DNA of 64,000 bases, from NCBI RefSeq assembly GCF_009914755.1, contig NC_060939.1; one strand, written 5' to 3'. The notes below the pieces were generated by a model, which saw nothing but the letters and a program-made list of their open reading frames with translations, did not search any database and was not told the DNA's origin. The position numbers and the translations under genes are program-made. Shown here piece by piece: positions 27,513-46,699 of this stretch. The DNA comes from the human T2T-CHM13v2.0 reference genome, Homo sapiens. The stretch's first letter is position 1, and every line of letters begins with the position of its first letter.

Positions 27513-28605
27513 CAGGGCTCCCCAGGCTACCTACCAAGGTGTGCACTACTGCAGGTATACAAGACCCTAGGGCAGAAGGGCTTGCAGTTGGGGTTTAATG
27601 TGGTTGCTGTCTTGAATTGTAAGGACTTTCATTTTGGATGTGTGTTTTGTAAGTGAAGGTCAATGGGAAAATGAGGCACACACTGGGGACTGGGGCCTCT
27701 GCTCTCACAGGGTCCTGTCGCCTCCTAGGAGGGTATCTGGGCTGCCCGCTCCCACAGCTCTTGATACCCCTGCTGGTCCTCTCCCACTCTGCTCCACTGC
27801 CACTGCTGAAAGGGATCCAAGCAAGGTGTGGGGTTTAAGTATGCATACCCACAGCATCTTGAGTGCACAAAAGCCCCAAACGGGCAGTATCACTTTCTGT
27901 CTGGTGGCTGCCTGGCTGGAGGCAATCTCTTGGTGAGGGTGAGCCTTTGGCCCAGCCCGGATTCCAGATCCAGTCATGGAGGTTTAAGGATCCTTGGTGG
28001 TTACCATCTGCTGTGGGTTGGAGCAATAGGCCCGTGGCTCAAAGTCCCCAAACCCTGTCCCCAGCAGGGCATTCAGGTCAGGAGGTTTGCATGAATGTCA
28101 TCACAGCAAGCTATCAGGCCCAGCACACATTAGTGGGACCCCAGGGCCCTCTGACCGTCTGTATTTGCTCTGATTACCCACCCCTAATCCTCTAGGGCCC
28201 CAGGGCCAGAGTGTTCTCTGGGCTGTTTCCCTGCCTGGGGATGGGATCCTCTCCCTCCTTCCAGCCTTCCCGAGTCTGGCTGTGTTCAGTCTCTTCTAGC
28301 CGGCTTGAGGCATCCTCCAGGGACAAGCCACAGAATATAAACTGTGTAATTTCAGTGACTCCACATGAGTTAAATATTCTGAAATTTGCATTTAAAACTG
28401 GTGTTGCACAATATAAACAGTAAAATTCATGCTGATAATTCACATTTTTAATTGTTCTTTACTCTGAACATGAAATAGTGCATAAAAAACATGACAAGTC
28501 AGGATGGAAACCCTGGAAGAAAAGAAAAAGCTTTAGGTGTACCTTTAATGACACTTTTTTCCTCCCTTTGAAACAAAGGGCCCCTAGATTATAGAGGCAG
28601 CTCTG
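27513..28605 (+). mobile_element. MER45B/C-like (hAT-Tip100) non-autonomous DNA transposon
   Basis: cagggc start; ggtttaatg...gtcttgaa...tgtgttttgtaagtgaag; 3' end gtacctttaatgacacttttttcct...aacaaagggcccc...attat...ctctg. Confidence 0.7.
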
Positions 28606-28699
28606 AGTCCACCTCTTCCTGCAGATACTGTTCTGTCAGTTTGTGACAAGCTTCTCAAGAGTCGTCTGCCACAACTAGGTCTTTCTGTTGTGAATGCAT

Positions 28700-28870
28700 G
28701 CCCAGGTCTTTTGGCATTCTTCCCCCTCCCCACTTTAATTTCACAAGTAATACTGGCATACAGTCCTTCTGTAAAAGATTCATGCAATTGATATATTTTT
28801 TAAAGTCCAACAGAACAACATCCACTGCATTCCCATTCCTATAATTACCCAGGAATACCATGATCTAAGC
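28700..28870 (-). mobile_element. CR1/L3 LINE reverse-transcriptase remnant
   Basis: Translation GNAVDVVLLDFKK...VLLVKLK resembles the CR1 RT motif VDVxYLDFxKAFD...LLxKL. Confidence 0.55.
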
Positions 28871-28999
28871 CTAACTAGAGAGTGTATTTCTAGATCACTT
28901 TCTGTATATTTATTTACGTGATATGTATGTGTGGAGACAGAGGAGAGAGAGAATATATGAATATAAGAATGTATGGTTTTGTGTGTTTTAAACTAATGA

Positions 29000-30030
<1,031 letters not shown>

Positions 30031-30579
30031 CAAGTTCTGCCTGTTTTAACTCTTTAATTTCTCTTATATGCTTCCAATTTTGCCAATTCCTCCTACTTTC
30101 CAAATGTGAAAACTATTTTGGACATGTTACTTTCGAGCCTCTGGACTTTCATAAGCTTAGGTGTGCGAGGGTGCCTGGAGGAGGCAGAGAGCATAAATAC
30201 AAAGTCACATAGAGGGTCCACGTGGAGTTTCACATTTCTGATTCAGTTCAGGAAACTTTTTTCCTCATGCTCACCTTTATGAAAGAACTGCTGTGAGACA
30301 TTTCTGAGCCTCAAACACTAAGGGGAGAGTAGAAGAAATTTACAGCTCTTTAGATTAGTCTGTCCTCCCAAGATGGCAGGGAGTGCCAAATTCATTGCCT
30401 TAAAAAAAAGAAAAAAAAAAAAAAGATTTCTTAAAAGCAGCAGAAGACTCCCCCAGAGTATAATGTTTGCATTTTTTTACAATGTGTGTGTTATAAAACC
30501 TTTATAATAAGTCTTTCAAAACAAATAAATGTAAAATACAGAAAAATTAGTAGAACTTGCTAAAACACTGCATTTTAAA

Positions 30580-32730
30580 AAGAGGTAAGCATACTTTTTA
30601 TTTTAAAAATGTTTTAAAGGACGATAAATACACATCTGTAAAAAGAAACACTGGAAGGAAAACTAAGAACAAGTAATAATGGTTACTTTTAGAGGAGACA
30701 GAGGGCAGCAATGATATGAGACTTTTCTAGATATGCCCTATAAACCACTTTGGCTCTGGAAACAAAAATTCTTACATTAAAAAAAAAATACAATGAAATT
30801 TAAAAAAAAAGCCATCTCTAAAAGCTGAAAACAAATTGAAGAAAGAAAATTAATTTACATTAAATCAGTGACCTAACTAAATAGATAAAAGAATTATTTC
30901 CAATGACACTAGCATATTCTAATGAAAGTGGCACTGTAAAAAAATCTTAAATTTAATTCAGTAGTCTTTTAGTAATAACACTATTACTCTGAAACTGCTC
31001 TATATGTGTGTATGTGTACATCAACTAAAACTGTTACATATTCATTAGCATGTCATCTAATATGTAATTACACATGTCAGAATAATATTATTTATATGAT
31101 AAATGTATAATAATTATATATAATGTATTGTCTAATATATGATGTAATATATATTAGTACATTTTACGTCTATTAGCAATTAACACACATCAATTTATAT
31201 GAACATTACCATACTATGTATATAATAGTTTTGAAGCTACATATAAATATATAAGAATTTCAAAGTAATATTAACATTATTATATATTAGTGTATAATAA
31301 TGCTAATATTACATATTATTACACTAATATATATTAATGTGTGTTAATGTTGTTAGAAACCAAGATTTTCTGTTTAAGAGAAAAGAGAAACAAGTATAAA
31401 ATAAAAAAAGTTAAGATTTTGCAATTCTAGTTTAAGTTGAAAAACTCAGCATTAATTTTTTTTTAATATAATGCCTAGCTCTGGCCATTGAAAAGGACTG
31501 GGAGTAATGGAAATTCAATAGCAAGGAGTACTCCTAATGTCCGTATTGTAATCTCCAACTAGGAACAGCTGATTACAGGTCTGGAGCAAGAAATATACAA
31601 GATAATATTGGGACATTTTGGGCCAGAAAGCAAGGAAGTTCTCAAAGAATAATGAGTCAAAAGGATACAGAAGCCAACAACAAGTAGCTCTTATTGGCCA
31701 AAGATGATACAATTTGATCCTCAAAAGAAAAGAAACAAACAAAGGAAGAAAAGAAAAAGAATGCACCTGACTGAAAAACCCTGAATATCTAAAACCCATT
31801 AATTCACAATAACAAAAAAGAGCAGGAAAGCAAGAGAGCCCCCAAAACAAACAATAACCTATTGAACACCCCTGGATAAAACTTGGGAACCAAGTCCGTA
31901 CTCTGTAAGCTGTCAATTAAAAGAGGAGAAAGAGGAGAATATATTTTGTATGAACTTTATTTTAGATAGCCAAATAACTCTAATTGCTGAGGGAAAGTTT
32001 TTCTTAATAAATCTGGAAGGAATTATAGAAAATCATCATCCTGTACTACTTAATGAAATAATAGATTCAGGCAGTGATCATCAAAGGATCAAATGATCAA
32101 TCTTAGCATCACTGAAGGCAAGACAAGCAAACATTTATGCCTCCCATGTGAGGCAATTGGAAGCACACAGTAGTATCTATGAAGGATTCCTGCCAAAAAG
32201 TGAAACCTGAATGAAATCCAGTCTACAGGGCTAATGTGCATAAACAGAAATACAAGGGAAGGAGGTACAAGTTAAATGACTCCAAAGGCAAGCTTTACAG
32301 ACGGATGTGGGAGGGCCTATATAGGAAAAGAGACCCCATTTTAAAAACAAGTTAATAAAAAAGAAAAGGAAAATGGGACTGCTGTGGATTTTATGTGGAT
32401 TTCTTTTCAAATCTACTCACTGTAAAACGACATTTTAAAGACAACTAGAGAAATTTGATTATGGACTGAGTGTTAGATGGGACCTAGATGTGACAATGGC
32501 ATCATGACTACATAAGGAAGGGACCCCTTTTTAGGAGATACATGTTGAAATATTTACAGTTGAAATGACATGTTTGGGATTTGCTTTTAAATACTTCAGC
32601 AAAGAGAAAAATAAAAAATAGAGGCAGCAAATGCGGCAAAATATTCAAAATTGGTGAATCAGGCGATGAGCACATGGAGGGTTTATTGTATTATTCATCT
32701 TTCTTTGGAGTATGTTTAAATGTTGGTGTA
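30580..32730 (+). mobile_element. L1MC/MD-type 3' UTR with AT-rich low-complexity core (~31000-31350)
   Basis: L1MC-like motifs (ctagctctggccattgaaaaggactgggagtaatg; gaaatatttacagttgaaatgacatgtttgggatttgctttt). Confidence 0.6.
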
Positions 32731-32797
32731 CATTTGACAGTTCTTTATCACGCAAATCAACAATAACATAAAAACTGAAATATTTCTGTCAGCTAAA

Positions 32798-33274
32798 ATA
32801 GGTAGACTGTAAATAATTGCCATACATTATTCCTGTCCCTGTTTGGATGTGCCACTGTGGCTCTTCTCATCAACAGATGGAGTCTTTTCTTCCATCCCTT
32901 GAATCTGGTCAGCAGTGAGAACTGCTTTAGTTAAAGGGTAAACATGACACAAGCAGAGGCTTGAAAAGCACTAGGGCATTGGGGCGGCTGAGAGCCCTGG
33001 GCCTACCACAGGAGAAGTTCAGACTAGCTTGCTGGAGAGGTCATGTGGAAAAGAAATGAGACCCTGGCTGAGGGTCTGCCAACCTGTAGACATATGAGTG
33101 AGGGAATTGTAGACCACACAGCCCCAGCCAAGCCACAAACTGACTGCATCTGCAGAGTCAGCCCAGGCAAGTCTAGCTGTCTGAGCCAGATTTGCCGACG
33201 CACAGAATCATGATTGTTTTTTAATATGCTAAATACTGAGGTGGTTTGTTACATGGCAATGACTGACTGATACA
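32798..33274 (+). mobile_element. MLT1 (G/H-like) solo LTR, ERVL-MaLR
   Basis: cccttgaatctgg...tgctttag; ends gtggtttgttacatggcaatgactgactgataca. Confidence 0.7.
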
Positions 33275-34162
33275 TAAGGATAAACCTATAGAAGTACTAT
33301 ACACATATGCAGAAAACTGTCTTAGCTTCTTAGCACTGTGAGGGACATGCCATGTACTCAATAAGGATGTCTGAATGGGAATTCCATGTCACTAGAAAAT
33401 GGTATATATGGAAACTGTCTAAAGGCAATGGAAGGCTTAGGTAGACTACTTCCTTTTGTGTATATGAAGTACTATCAAACCAAGTAGTTACTCCACTGAT
33501 AGAGGCAGATGTGGGAAGATAAACTATGTAGAACTTTTTTTCCTTGGAAGACTAAAAAGGTCTGGCTTTGCCGCTGGTCAACTATGACCAGACACTACGG
33601 AAACAGTCATTGAGATTGCTGGCAGATGGCCTGGCCTTTCTCCCCTGACACAATTCTGCAACCCAAGTGGCCAGTGTGTGGAGAGAACACACATCCCTGT
33701 GAGAGGCCGCCTAGCTTTTCCTCCCCTAAGGGCCACACTGGGCCACCCTAGCACACATCAACTTGGCTGGCACACTTTCCTGCAAAGCAGATTCCACTCT
33801 GTGTACTCTGAGAACAAATCATGTTTCCTCCTTGCCAAAGGTTTTTGCTTGCAAATGTTGGATCCAGGTATAAGGATTAATGAGGGAATATTTAGAGTGC
33901 CACAAAAAAAAAGTTCTATATAGAAGCCACAGAAGTACATGTGGATCTTCTAGTAGAGGTATTTTTTACTAAAAGAAAATACCAAAACATTTTCATCTTA
34001 AAAAGCTCAAGTAAATCTGATCAATTTAGCAGAATCACATAATTTGTAATAATATACGTATAAGGATTGTGTAGTTAATCTTAGTATCATTAGCAAAATA
34101 CTATACTTGTAAAAGAAAAATTCAAGATAGTTAAATATTTCTCCATAATAGTAGCTATTTAA

Positions 34163-35295
<1,133 letters not shown>

Positions 35296-36283
35296 TGAGA
35301 TGTTTTATACTATTTTGCAGTAGCAAACTTCTATCCAGTAAATGTTTCAAGTATCTTTTTGAACCATGACTTTGGAGTTAACATTATTCAATGAGGTTAA
35401 TGACACAAAAAGATAATTAAATATGGTGAACGGAAAGAATGGACAGTAAAAGCTAAGAAAAATTGGTGGCAGCTTCATTATTTGTGAAACTAAACTTGAA
35501 GGGGACAAATTAAAACTTGCAGCTGAGCTTCAAGTGCAGCAAAAACCGGCAGAAACCAGGGTCCCCACAGGGATTCTGCGCTTTGGGGAGAACTTCTGTT
35601 CTTCTGCTCCTGTTTTGTCCTGTTTTGTCTTTCTGAAAAGGCAACACAAAGAGCTGAGGAAAAGCCAATAGATTCATTATCATTCTACCTAATAATAAAA
35701 TAATGTTCTCTTAACAAAGTGTGGACACACATGGCGAAGGCATCAGAAAGAACCTGATGGAAATAATCTGGAAAAGGTCTTTTGGGAATGAAGTTTCCTC
35801 ATCTGCAGAATGGAGGAGGGGTAATGAGAGGGGCTTGTTGGGGGCCAGGAGAAGTGGGCTGGATGAATTCCAAGATCCTTTATAGCTATAACTTTCAGTG
35901 ATCTAGGTTAAAAGCTGAAGATCTTTTTCATCCCTGACTATGAGGCCAATGTGAGATGTGGTTATCTGTAGGTCTTACAGTGCTTATTATAAAACTATAT
36001 ATTAATACTTTGTTTCCATGAAAAGCTCTAATTTTAAATGTGTGTAATTTTAAATGTGATTAATATTTCCATAACGGAGTGCATATTATATGAAAATCAA
36101 AAGTTTTATAAAAGCTGGGCACATTTAAAAACATACAAAATCCCAGCTCAGCTTAAGTATATGGTTGCAAGAGTGTGTGTTTTCAAAGGGTGGGGCTTCC
36201 TGTCTCTGGATTGTTTGGAAACATTCTGACAAAGCCAAATTCATTTCACTGATATCCTGAATGCAGCAAGGAACTGGTGCCTA

Positions 36284-36445
<162 letters not shown>

Positions 36446-36668
36446 CACAAAACATGATACTCTAACATGTAGAATCAGTTTAAGTCAACTAAGAAATGTG
36501 ATAAACACCCAAAAGATTTCAAATCTGTATTCTCTAAATCCTTTTGAGAGAGTCTCCACAATTAGCTGGACTGGAAAACTTAGCAACATTTAGCATACTT
36601 TTCGGTCACATATTCATTCATTCTTTTTTTAACTATTCAACAAATAGGTAAATAGATGGACGGGGAAA

Positions 36669-36710
36669 GAGAGAGAGAGAGAGACAGAGAGAGACAGAGA
36701 GAGAGAGAGG
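36669..36710. repeat. (GA)n / (GAGACA)n microsatellite
   Basis: Read directly. Confidence 0.9.
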
Positions 36711-37052
36711 AGATAGATACCTCTTACTACATGCCAGAAACAATTTCTTTTAAAATTTTTCCAGTTTTTTTCTTCTTTAACTTCATACTCCCTTTGTCTC
36801 CTGTCTTTGTTGGGTATGATTATTCAAGAATACATTTAACTTGTGGCACTAAATCCAGAGCACTCTCTAATAGGGAGAAAACACAACCACTGTGGTGTCA
36901 GGAGGAGGAAGTAAATGTGTGAGCAGCTTGGTACACTCTTCACTATCCTCACCTCAAAGGAAATACAGAGGTGGATCAGGAAGCCAGTTTCAACTGGACT
37001 TACTGCTGCTTCTTGCTGACACTATTGTTACGTTATCTGTGGGATGATCAAC

Positions 37053-37347
<295 letters not shown>

Positions 37348-37417
37348 GGGATGATCAACTTTTAAAGAGTCAACCTGGGACACAGTGATAATGACAAAAA
37401 CCATAACAACATAACAT

Positions 37418-37822
37418 TGCTATGGTCTGAATATCCCCCCAAATTCATGAGTTGAAACTTAATCACCAATGTCATAGTATTATGAAGTGGGGCCTTCAGA
37501 GGCAACTAAGTCATGGAGACAGAGCCCTCATGAATGAGATTACTGACCTGATAAAAGGGCTGGAGGGAGAGAGATCACCCCTTTTTACCCATCCATCATT
37601 TTTCTGCCTCTGTCATGTAAGAAAACAGTCTTCCTCCCCTCTAGAGGATACAGCCACAAAGTGCCAACTTGGAAGCAGAGAGCAGCCCTCAAAGACACCA
37701 AACCCACTGGCGCAGCCCCCTTGGACCTTGCAGCTTCCAAAACAGTGAGAAATAAATTTATACTGTCCATGAATTACCCAATCTATGATATTTTGCTATA
37801 GCAACACAAATGGACTAAGACA
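37418..37822 (+). mobile_element. MST (MSTB/C/D-like) solo LTR, ERVL-MaLR
   Basis: TG...CA termini (tgctatggtctgaat...atggactaagaca); 5-bp TSD aacat (37413-37417 / 37823-37827). Confidence 0.9.
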
Positions 37823-38084
37823 AACATAAAAGAAGTAATTACACACGTGTTACTGCTTTAACACAGAAAAGATGTGGAGGTGAAATATATTATTCCGTAT
37901 TATTTACTTTTCTGTAACATAAATGTTATTATTTAAACAGAACAACAATAGAACTAGTTAATGATAGTAATTAATAGTAGAACAAATTAAGCAATGTGTG
38001 AGAAAAATATAACAATACTTTTAAATGTTTCTTTCTGTTCTCTGATACAGGAGTTTATTTTAACTATTTTTTTAAAAAGTCTTC

Positions 38085-38372
<288 letters not shown>

Positions 38373-38462
38373 TTAAATTTTGTAGGCTTTATATGTTGTG
38401 TATTCTTAACACATATAAATGTACGACTTTTACAAAGAAAACATAAATACAACATGGCTAAT

Positions 38463-38865
38463 TTAAAAGATAGTACCTATATTTAGTAACAACAGCAAAA
38501 GATCATGTCCTGTTTCTTTCTGCCCCATGACACAGTGGGATATCTTTACTCTTTCTGTTTCCTTTTCCAATAACACTTCTTTGAACTGCCTGCAGTGGTA
38601 AGACATATCTCTTTTGACTTGCACCTCTGCTCTTCTCAAGCGCACAATACACTGATTCCTGGTATCAATCCAATGTGATGACATCAAGCTAAATATCCTC
38701 TCAAAAGCATCTGAGTGTGGAATACCTATAATTTTATTTCCTAGCAAGAATAGGATTTTAGACTTAGGAGGATTCATTTCCAGCTCTCCAAAAATGTCCA
38801 TCCCTTTGTTAATTAGGTTGTTAGCATCTATAAATTCATCATATAGGCTACACATATATAAAATA
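38463..38865 (-). mobile_element. hAT (Blackjack-like) transposase C-terminal remnant
   Basis: ORF 38463-38900 contains IIGIPHSDAFERIFSLMSSHWIDTRNQC...AEVQVK, matching the hAT dimerization motif (IPxSNAxxERxFS...RN). Confidence 0.7.
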
Positions 38866-38869
38866 TCCA

Positions 38870-41158
<2,289 letters not shown>

Positions 41159-42859
41159 TAAACACTCTGAAGAGATGTTATTAAGTTAAACGTCTCTTTC
41201 TCAGGTTGGGCAAGAGGGAAGAAATGTAGGTGAGGATAGACGAAGGGGCGATAAGAAAGGGTGACGGAAGACAGGCTCGGCAGACTTTCCCGTGAGAGAA
41301 ATGCTCCCGACAGCACCCTGTTCCTCCAGGAGCTGAATCTTGGGCATGGATTCTCCCTACCCCATCCCCGCCCATCCTGCCCACAACACTGCCCCAGGAC
41401 ACGCCTCCTGAGGCCAGGCAGCCTCCATCTTTATGTGGCCAAAGGGGGTCTAGGTAGTTGTCAGCTTCAGCTTCTGGAAAGAGACCAGCTGCTGTATCCA
41501 GTGGGTCCCAGTGGTTTGCTTAGATAGGATGCCACTCACTATGCCAGGTGTTTGGGATAGAAGAAAGAATAACTGGAAGGTCTCAGTATTCAAAGAACCT
41601 ACAGTCCAGAGAAGGACACAAAATAAGAAAGAAGAGAGCAAGGGCTAAGGGTACAGGTAGGAGAGAGAAGCAGAAAAGGGGAGCATAACTGAGACTTCGG
41701 GAAGGCTTTCCTAGGAGATAGCACTGTAGATGTGTGGCTATCTGAAATTGCAAACTGTGAACCAGAGAATAAGAGTTCCTGCATTTCAAAGTCCTTGAAG
41801 TAGATTTCAAAGGGTACCAGTTTGAGGGCTGCTCTTCTAAAAATAGGACACTGGCATTTCCCATGAGCAACAAGAACTCACAAGAAGGTGGAATGTGACT
41901 GGATAAGGCTGACAACAAGGGGAAGCAAGCCTGACATTCTCCCCACCAGCCTGGAAGTCTGGGCCTTAGCAAATGTGAAAGGCTAGGGTTCAAGCTGAAA
42001 CCCCGTGTCCTTATGTAACCTAGACGAGGCTGCAGTTTAGTTGGGCTAGGCTACGGCCAAAAGCTTACCAAGCAGAAATTCAGGGGGAAAATATTTCAGC
42101 AAAAATATTTAACCCACTGAAAATAATTTATACTTGTTCATATGTTTACAAACAACCTGCTGATTAAAATGGCTCTTAACTACTCATTAAAAGGAGGCCC
42201 ACCCTTCAGGACCTATACTTTGCAACACTTAGTTACTATTTAATTGGAGATACAGTATAAGCAAAAATATGAAAAGGCTGCATTTCTTTATATGCTATAA
42301 TTTTACTTTGTGATGATTCTAACTTTCTCTGCCCTCAATTAGTCTGATTTAGTGATGTCTTGTCATGTATAGGCTATAAAATCCTGATGCTGTTTCTCAA
42401 CTTGCCAGTCAGAATAGCAGGATTAATAAATTCTCAAGATTTTTAAAAGATCAAAATTGGAGCCCCTGTTTTTTTCCTTCCTTCCTCCTCCTCCCTCCCT
42501 CCCCTCCTTTTTCCTTCCTTTCTTCCCTGATTTTTAGTAACATTTATCATAAAAAATACAACCTATATATTTCTTGACCATAACTTACATGTGATTGAGA
42601 AGCATCGAATTAGAGTTTGTGGTCTCTGTCTTCCAATATCTTGTATGTACTATACATAATAAAGTTGGTTCATCATCATAACTGGGGCTTTTTAAAGCCA
42701 GAACCCCATCAAGAATTCCCATAAGTAGGAACATTTCCAGAAGTGGTAGGGTACAGTAAGATTTTTTGATCTGCTGGTAAACGCTGACGGGGATACCCAC
42801 TTAGGCTATTTTATTTTGAAAGAGCGATGAAAATTTGAGCAAATGATAGCTTCCAGATA

Positions 42860-43463
42860 CAGTAAGTCCTCACTTAACATCATTGATAGAGTCTTAGAAA
42901 CTGCCACTTTAAGTGAAACGACGTATAACAAAAGCAGTTGTATCATAGGTTCATTGATATAAACAAGAGTTAAGTTCCTGGAGCATATTTCTGGCCATGA
43001 AAACATCACCAAACTTCTAAATAAAAGCCCCAAACGCTTCTAACTATTAAGCATTGAAATAAATGTGAGCTATACATACATTTAAGTAAGATTAATAAGA
43101 ACAAGTAAGATAGCTATTTACTCAATTCTTCCATTATCAGGAATAATTAATTGAGTCTGCCAGATCGTGTCCCAACAGCTCAGGGTGCAAGGAGGGAACC
43201 AACCCTGGACAGTATGCCATCCCCACCGCAGGTGCACCCACACACACCCACACTCACACTGGGACCAAGCAGACACCATGGTTCACCTCACATGCACGGC
43301 TTTGCAATGTGGGAGGAAACCAGAGTACCTGCAGAAACCTACAGAGACATGGGGAGACCATGCAAACTCCACACAGACAGTGGCCCCGCGCCAGGAATTG
43401 CTTTCTAGTCAATGTTGTAAGAAAATGACATTGAATGAAATGATGTTATTCAAGAACCTGCTG
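42860..43463 (-). mobile_element. MER6A (Tigger family), full length
   Basis: ta|cagtaagtcctcacttaac ... gttattcaagaacctgctg|ta; ~604 bp; TA TSD. Confidence 0.88.
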
Positions 43464-43934
43464 TAAAGGAAGGCCAATATATGATCAGAAGTGCACATCT
43501 CTAATGAAGAAATCAGGAAGAGCCATTTTGCTTTCCCTTAACCCTGCTGCCCCCAGGTAACAATAGTAAGTTTCCTTCAGTTACCCCTTTCTTTTCCACA
43601 TAGAAGAAGGAAATTTCACTTTTGAAATGTTGAATTATCCTGTTTTCACGCAAGCAAAGTTGCATAATGGTCTTGGCTTTGCCAGCTACATGGTGTCTAC
43701 AGGTGGACAAAATGCCTATTTCTGTGTCCTTACCAATAAAAATGGGATAATCACTGATTTTTTTAAAAAGTCATTGCTATAAAGATTAAAACGAACTCCT
43801 GTATGAGAAAGTAAATAAAACCACTAAAAAATATGAGTAAAAATGCTCATTTTGTAACCAAATGATTCTTTATGTCCCTTTTATTTTGTCCTGCTATTTG
43901 CTATTGATTGCTGTTCCTATCTTTGACTTTTCTT

Positions 43935-44249
<315 letters not shown>

Positions 44250-44339
44250 TACCTTTGATTTTTCTATCAATGCAAAGTTGGAGGAGTTAAGCAACCATTC
44301 CTAAGATGAAGAAAGTTATCTTCTAGACCAAATTCAATT

Positions 44340-45860
44340 TTCAGCAGTAAGGAACAGACAAAAAATCCTCTTCCCCTGCCCCACAGCTTCCATTGTACTA
44401 GAAAAACACAGACAACAAATAAAACAAATAAGAAAAATATGTGAAATGTTCAATGGTAGTAAGTGCTAGAGAGGAAAAACTAAGTGAAGAAAGTGAAGGA
44501 GGAGGATAGGGCATCTGTGGGGAAGGCAGGGGACGGCTCAATCTATGGATTCAGGAAGGGTGTGGTCTGCGTGCTCCCAGTGTGAGTGTGGGTGTGTGGG
44601 CTGGAAGAGGCCAGGGAGTGAGTCACATGTACATCCAGGAAAATGCTTCCAGGCAGAAGGGACAGTAACCACAAGGTGGGAGAGGCCTTGATGTATCTGA
44701 GGACAGCTGGAGATCAGTGGGCTGAAGCAGAGTGAGAATTGAAGGGGAGGAGAGCAAAGAAGCAGCAGAGCTGGGCTAGGGTGGGCAGAGCACCAGAGTG
44801 ACTGTTTTTTTGTGTGTTGTTTTGAAACAGAGTCTTGCTCTGTCGCCCAGGCTGGAGCCTTGAGACGGAGTCTCCCTCTGTCTCCCAGGCTGCAGTGCGC
44901 GGCTCACTGCAACCTCCTCATCTCGGGTTGAAGCGCTTCTCCTGCCTCAGCCTCCCGAGTAGCTGGGACTACAGGCATGCATCACCACGCCGGCGGATTT
45001 TTGTATTTTAGTAGAGACAGGGTTTCATCATGTTGGCCAGGCTGATCTCGAACACCTGACCTCAAGTGATCTACCCTCCTCAGCCTCCCAAAGTTCTGGG
45101 ATTACAGGCATGAGCCACTGCACCCGGCCCACAGTGGCTGTTCTAACAGAAACGCTGCTGCTGTGCAGAGAAGGAAGGCAAGAGCAAGGGTGGACACAGG
45201 CCAGTGAGGTGGCACCAGCAGTGACCCAGGGATGAGGTCATAGCAGCCTGGACCAGACAGCATCAGTGGATGTGCTGCTGGACTCCAGACACATGGTGAA
45301 GGCAGAGCTGACAAGATGCGAGGGTAGACTGGATGCATGGTATGGAGAAAGCGGGGAGTCAAGATTTTTTATCTGAGCAACTAGAAGGACAGCACAGCCA
45401 TCTAGTAAGATGGTAAAGACTTCTGGAAAAGCAGGTTTTGGAGGCTGATGTCAGGAGCAAGTTTGGGGCACGTTATATGTGAGTCATGTATTACATATCC
45501 ACCTAGAAATGTTGAGTAGGCAATTGGTGAGATCAATCTGGACTTAAGGAGAAATATTCAGGTTGGAGGTACAAATAATCATCAATTTAAGATGCTATTT
45601 GAAGCCATGAGGAGGGGCTAGCTCACAAAGCAGGGTGTAGATACCAAGAAGAGATCCAAGACCAGGCTTTGGGCATGCCAATGGTAAGAGGTTTGGGAGA
45701 AGTGGCAATGGTGACTAAGTTTGAGTGGACAGTAAGACAGAGTATGGCATCTTGGAAGCCAACTGCAGAACATGTTTGAAAAAGGAACTGATTGACCGTG
45801 ACCTGTGTCAAATGCTATTGTTAGGCTAAGAAGATGATAACAGAAAAATGACCAAAATGG
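44340..45860 (-). mobile_element. L2 with an inserted Alu (44805-45129, minus, duplicated 3' end)
   Basis: Antisense L2 body (ccaggcagaagggacag; gagcaactagaaggac; gaaatgttgagtaggcaattgg). Confidence 0.75.
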
Positions 45861-46284
45861 ATACTCCCAAGCCCTCAAACAAAGTATGCTAAAGCAGTTT
45901 TTAATGTTTTAATAAGGTCTTAAGTTTAAGATGAGAATTTGCACAAATATTTATATCCTCTCCTAAATCTCACTAAAATGACCCTAAAAATAAGAAAGGA
46001 TAAAGACAATATTGGTCAGGCTATGTCTCTTCCTCTCTCTTCCCTAAACTCTAAACAGATGCTGGGATTAATTCAAAGATGGATTTTCCAGCTTAAACTG
46101 ACTATTCATCCCAGGAAATCCAGAGGAATGGAAGCCCCAGAGATACAAAAGGAAATACGAAACCTCCCAGGACTCCAGCAGGTTTGTGAGGAGATAACAA
46201 TATAGGTGGAGTGACAAGAAGACACACATAAAAAGTCAAGCAAAATAAAGAAGACAAATGTCAATTTACAAAATAAATTGTACT

Positions 46285-46585
<301 letters not shown>

Positions 46586-46699
46586 AAAAAGTTGTACTAA
46601 TAATCTAACATAGTTTTCACTATTCTATTACAAGGCAGCAGAGAGTGCTGGCTCACCAGTGGCCAGGGGGAGGTCAACATTCACATGGATTACCATGAG

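Noticed and set aside
27634-28443. ORF cluster in a GC-richer block
   Set aside because: Lies inside the MER45-like transposon; no domain or splice structure.
31000-31350. Extremely AT-rich quasi-periodic stretch
   Set aside because: Degenerate (TA)n low complexity inside an L1MC-type element.
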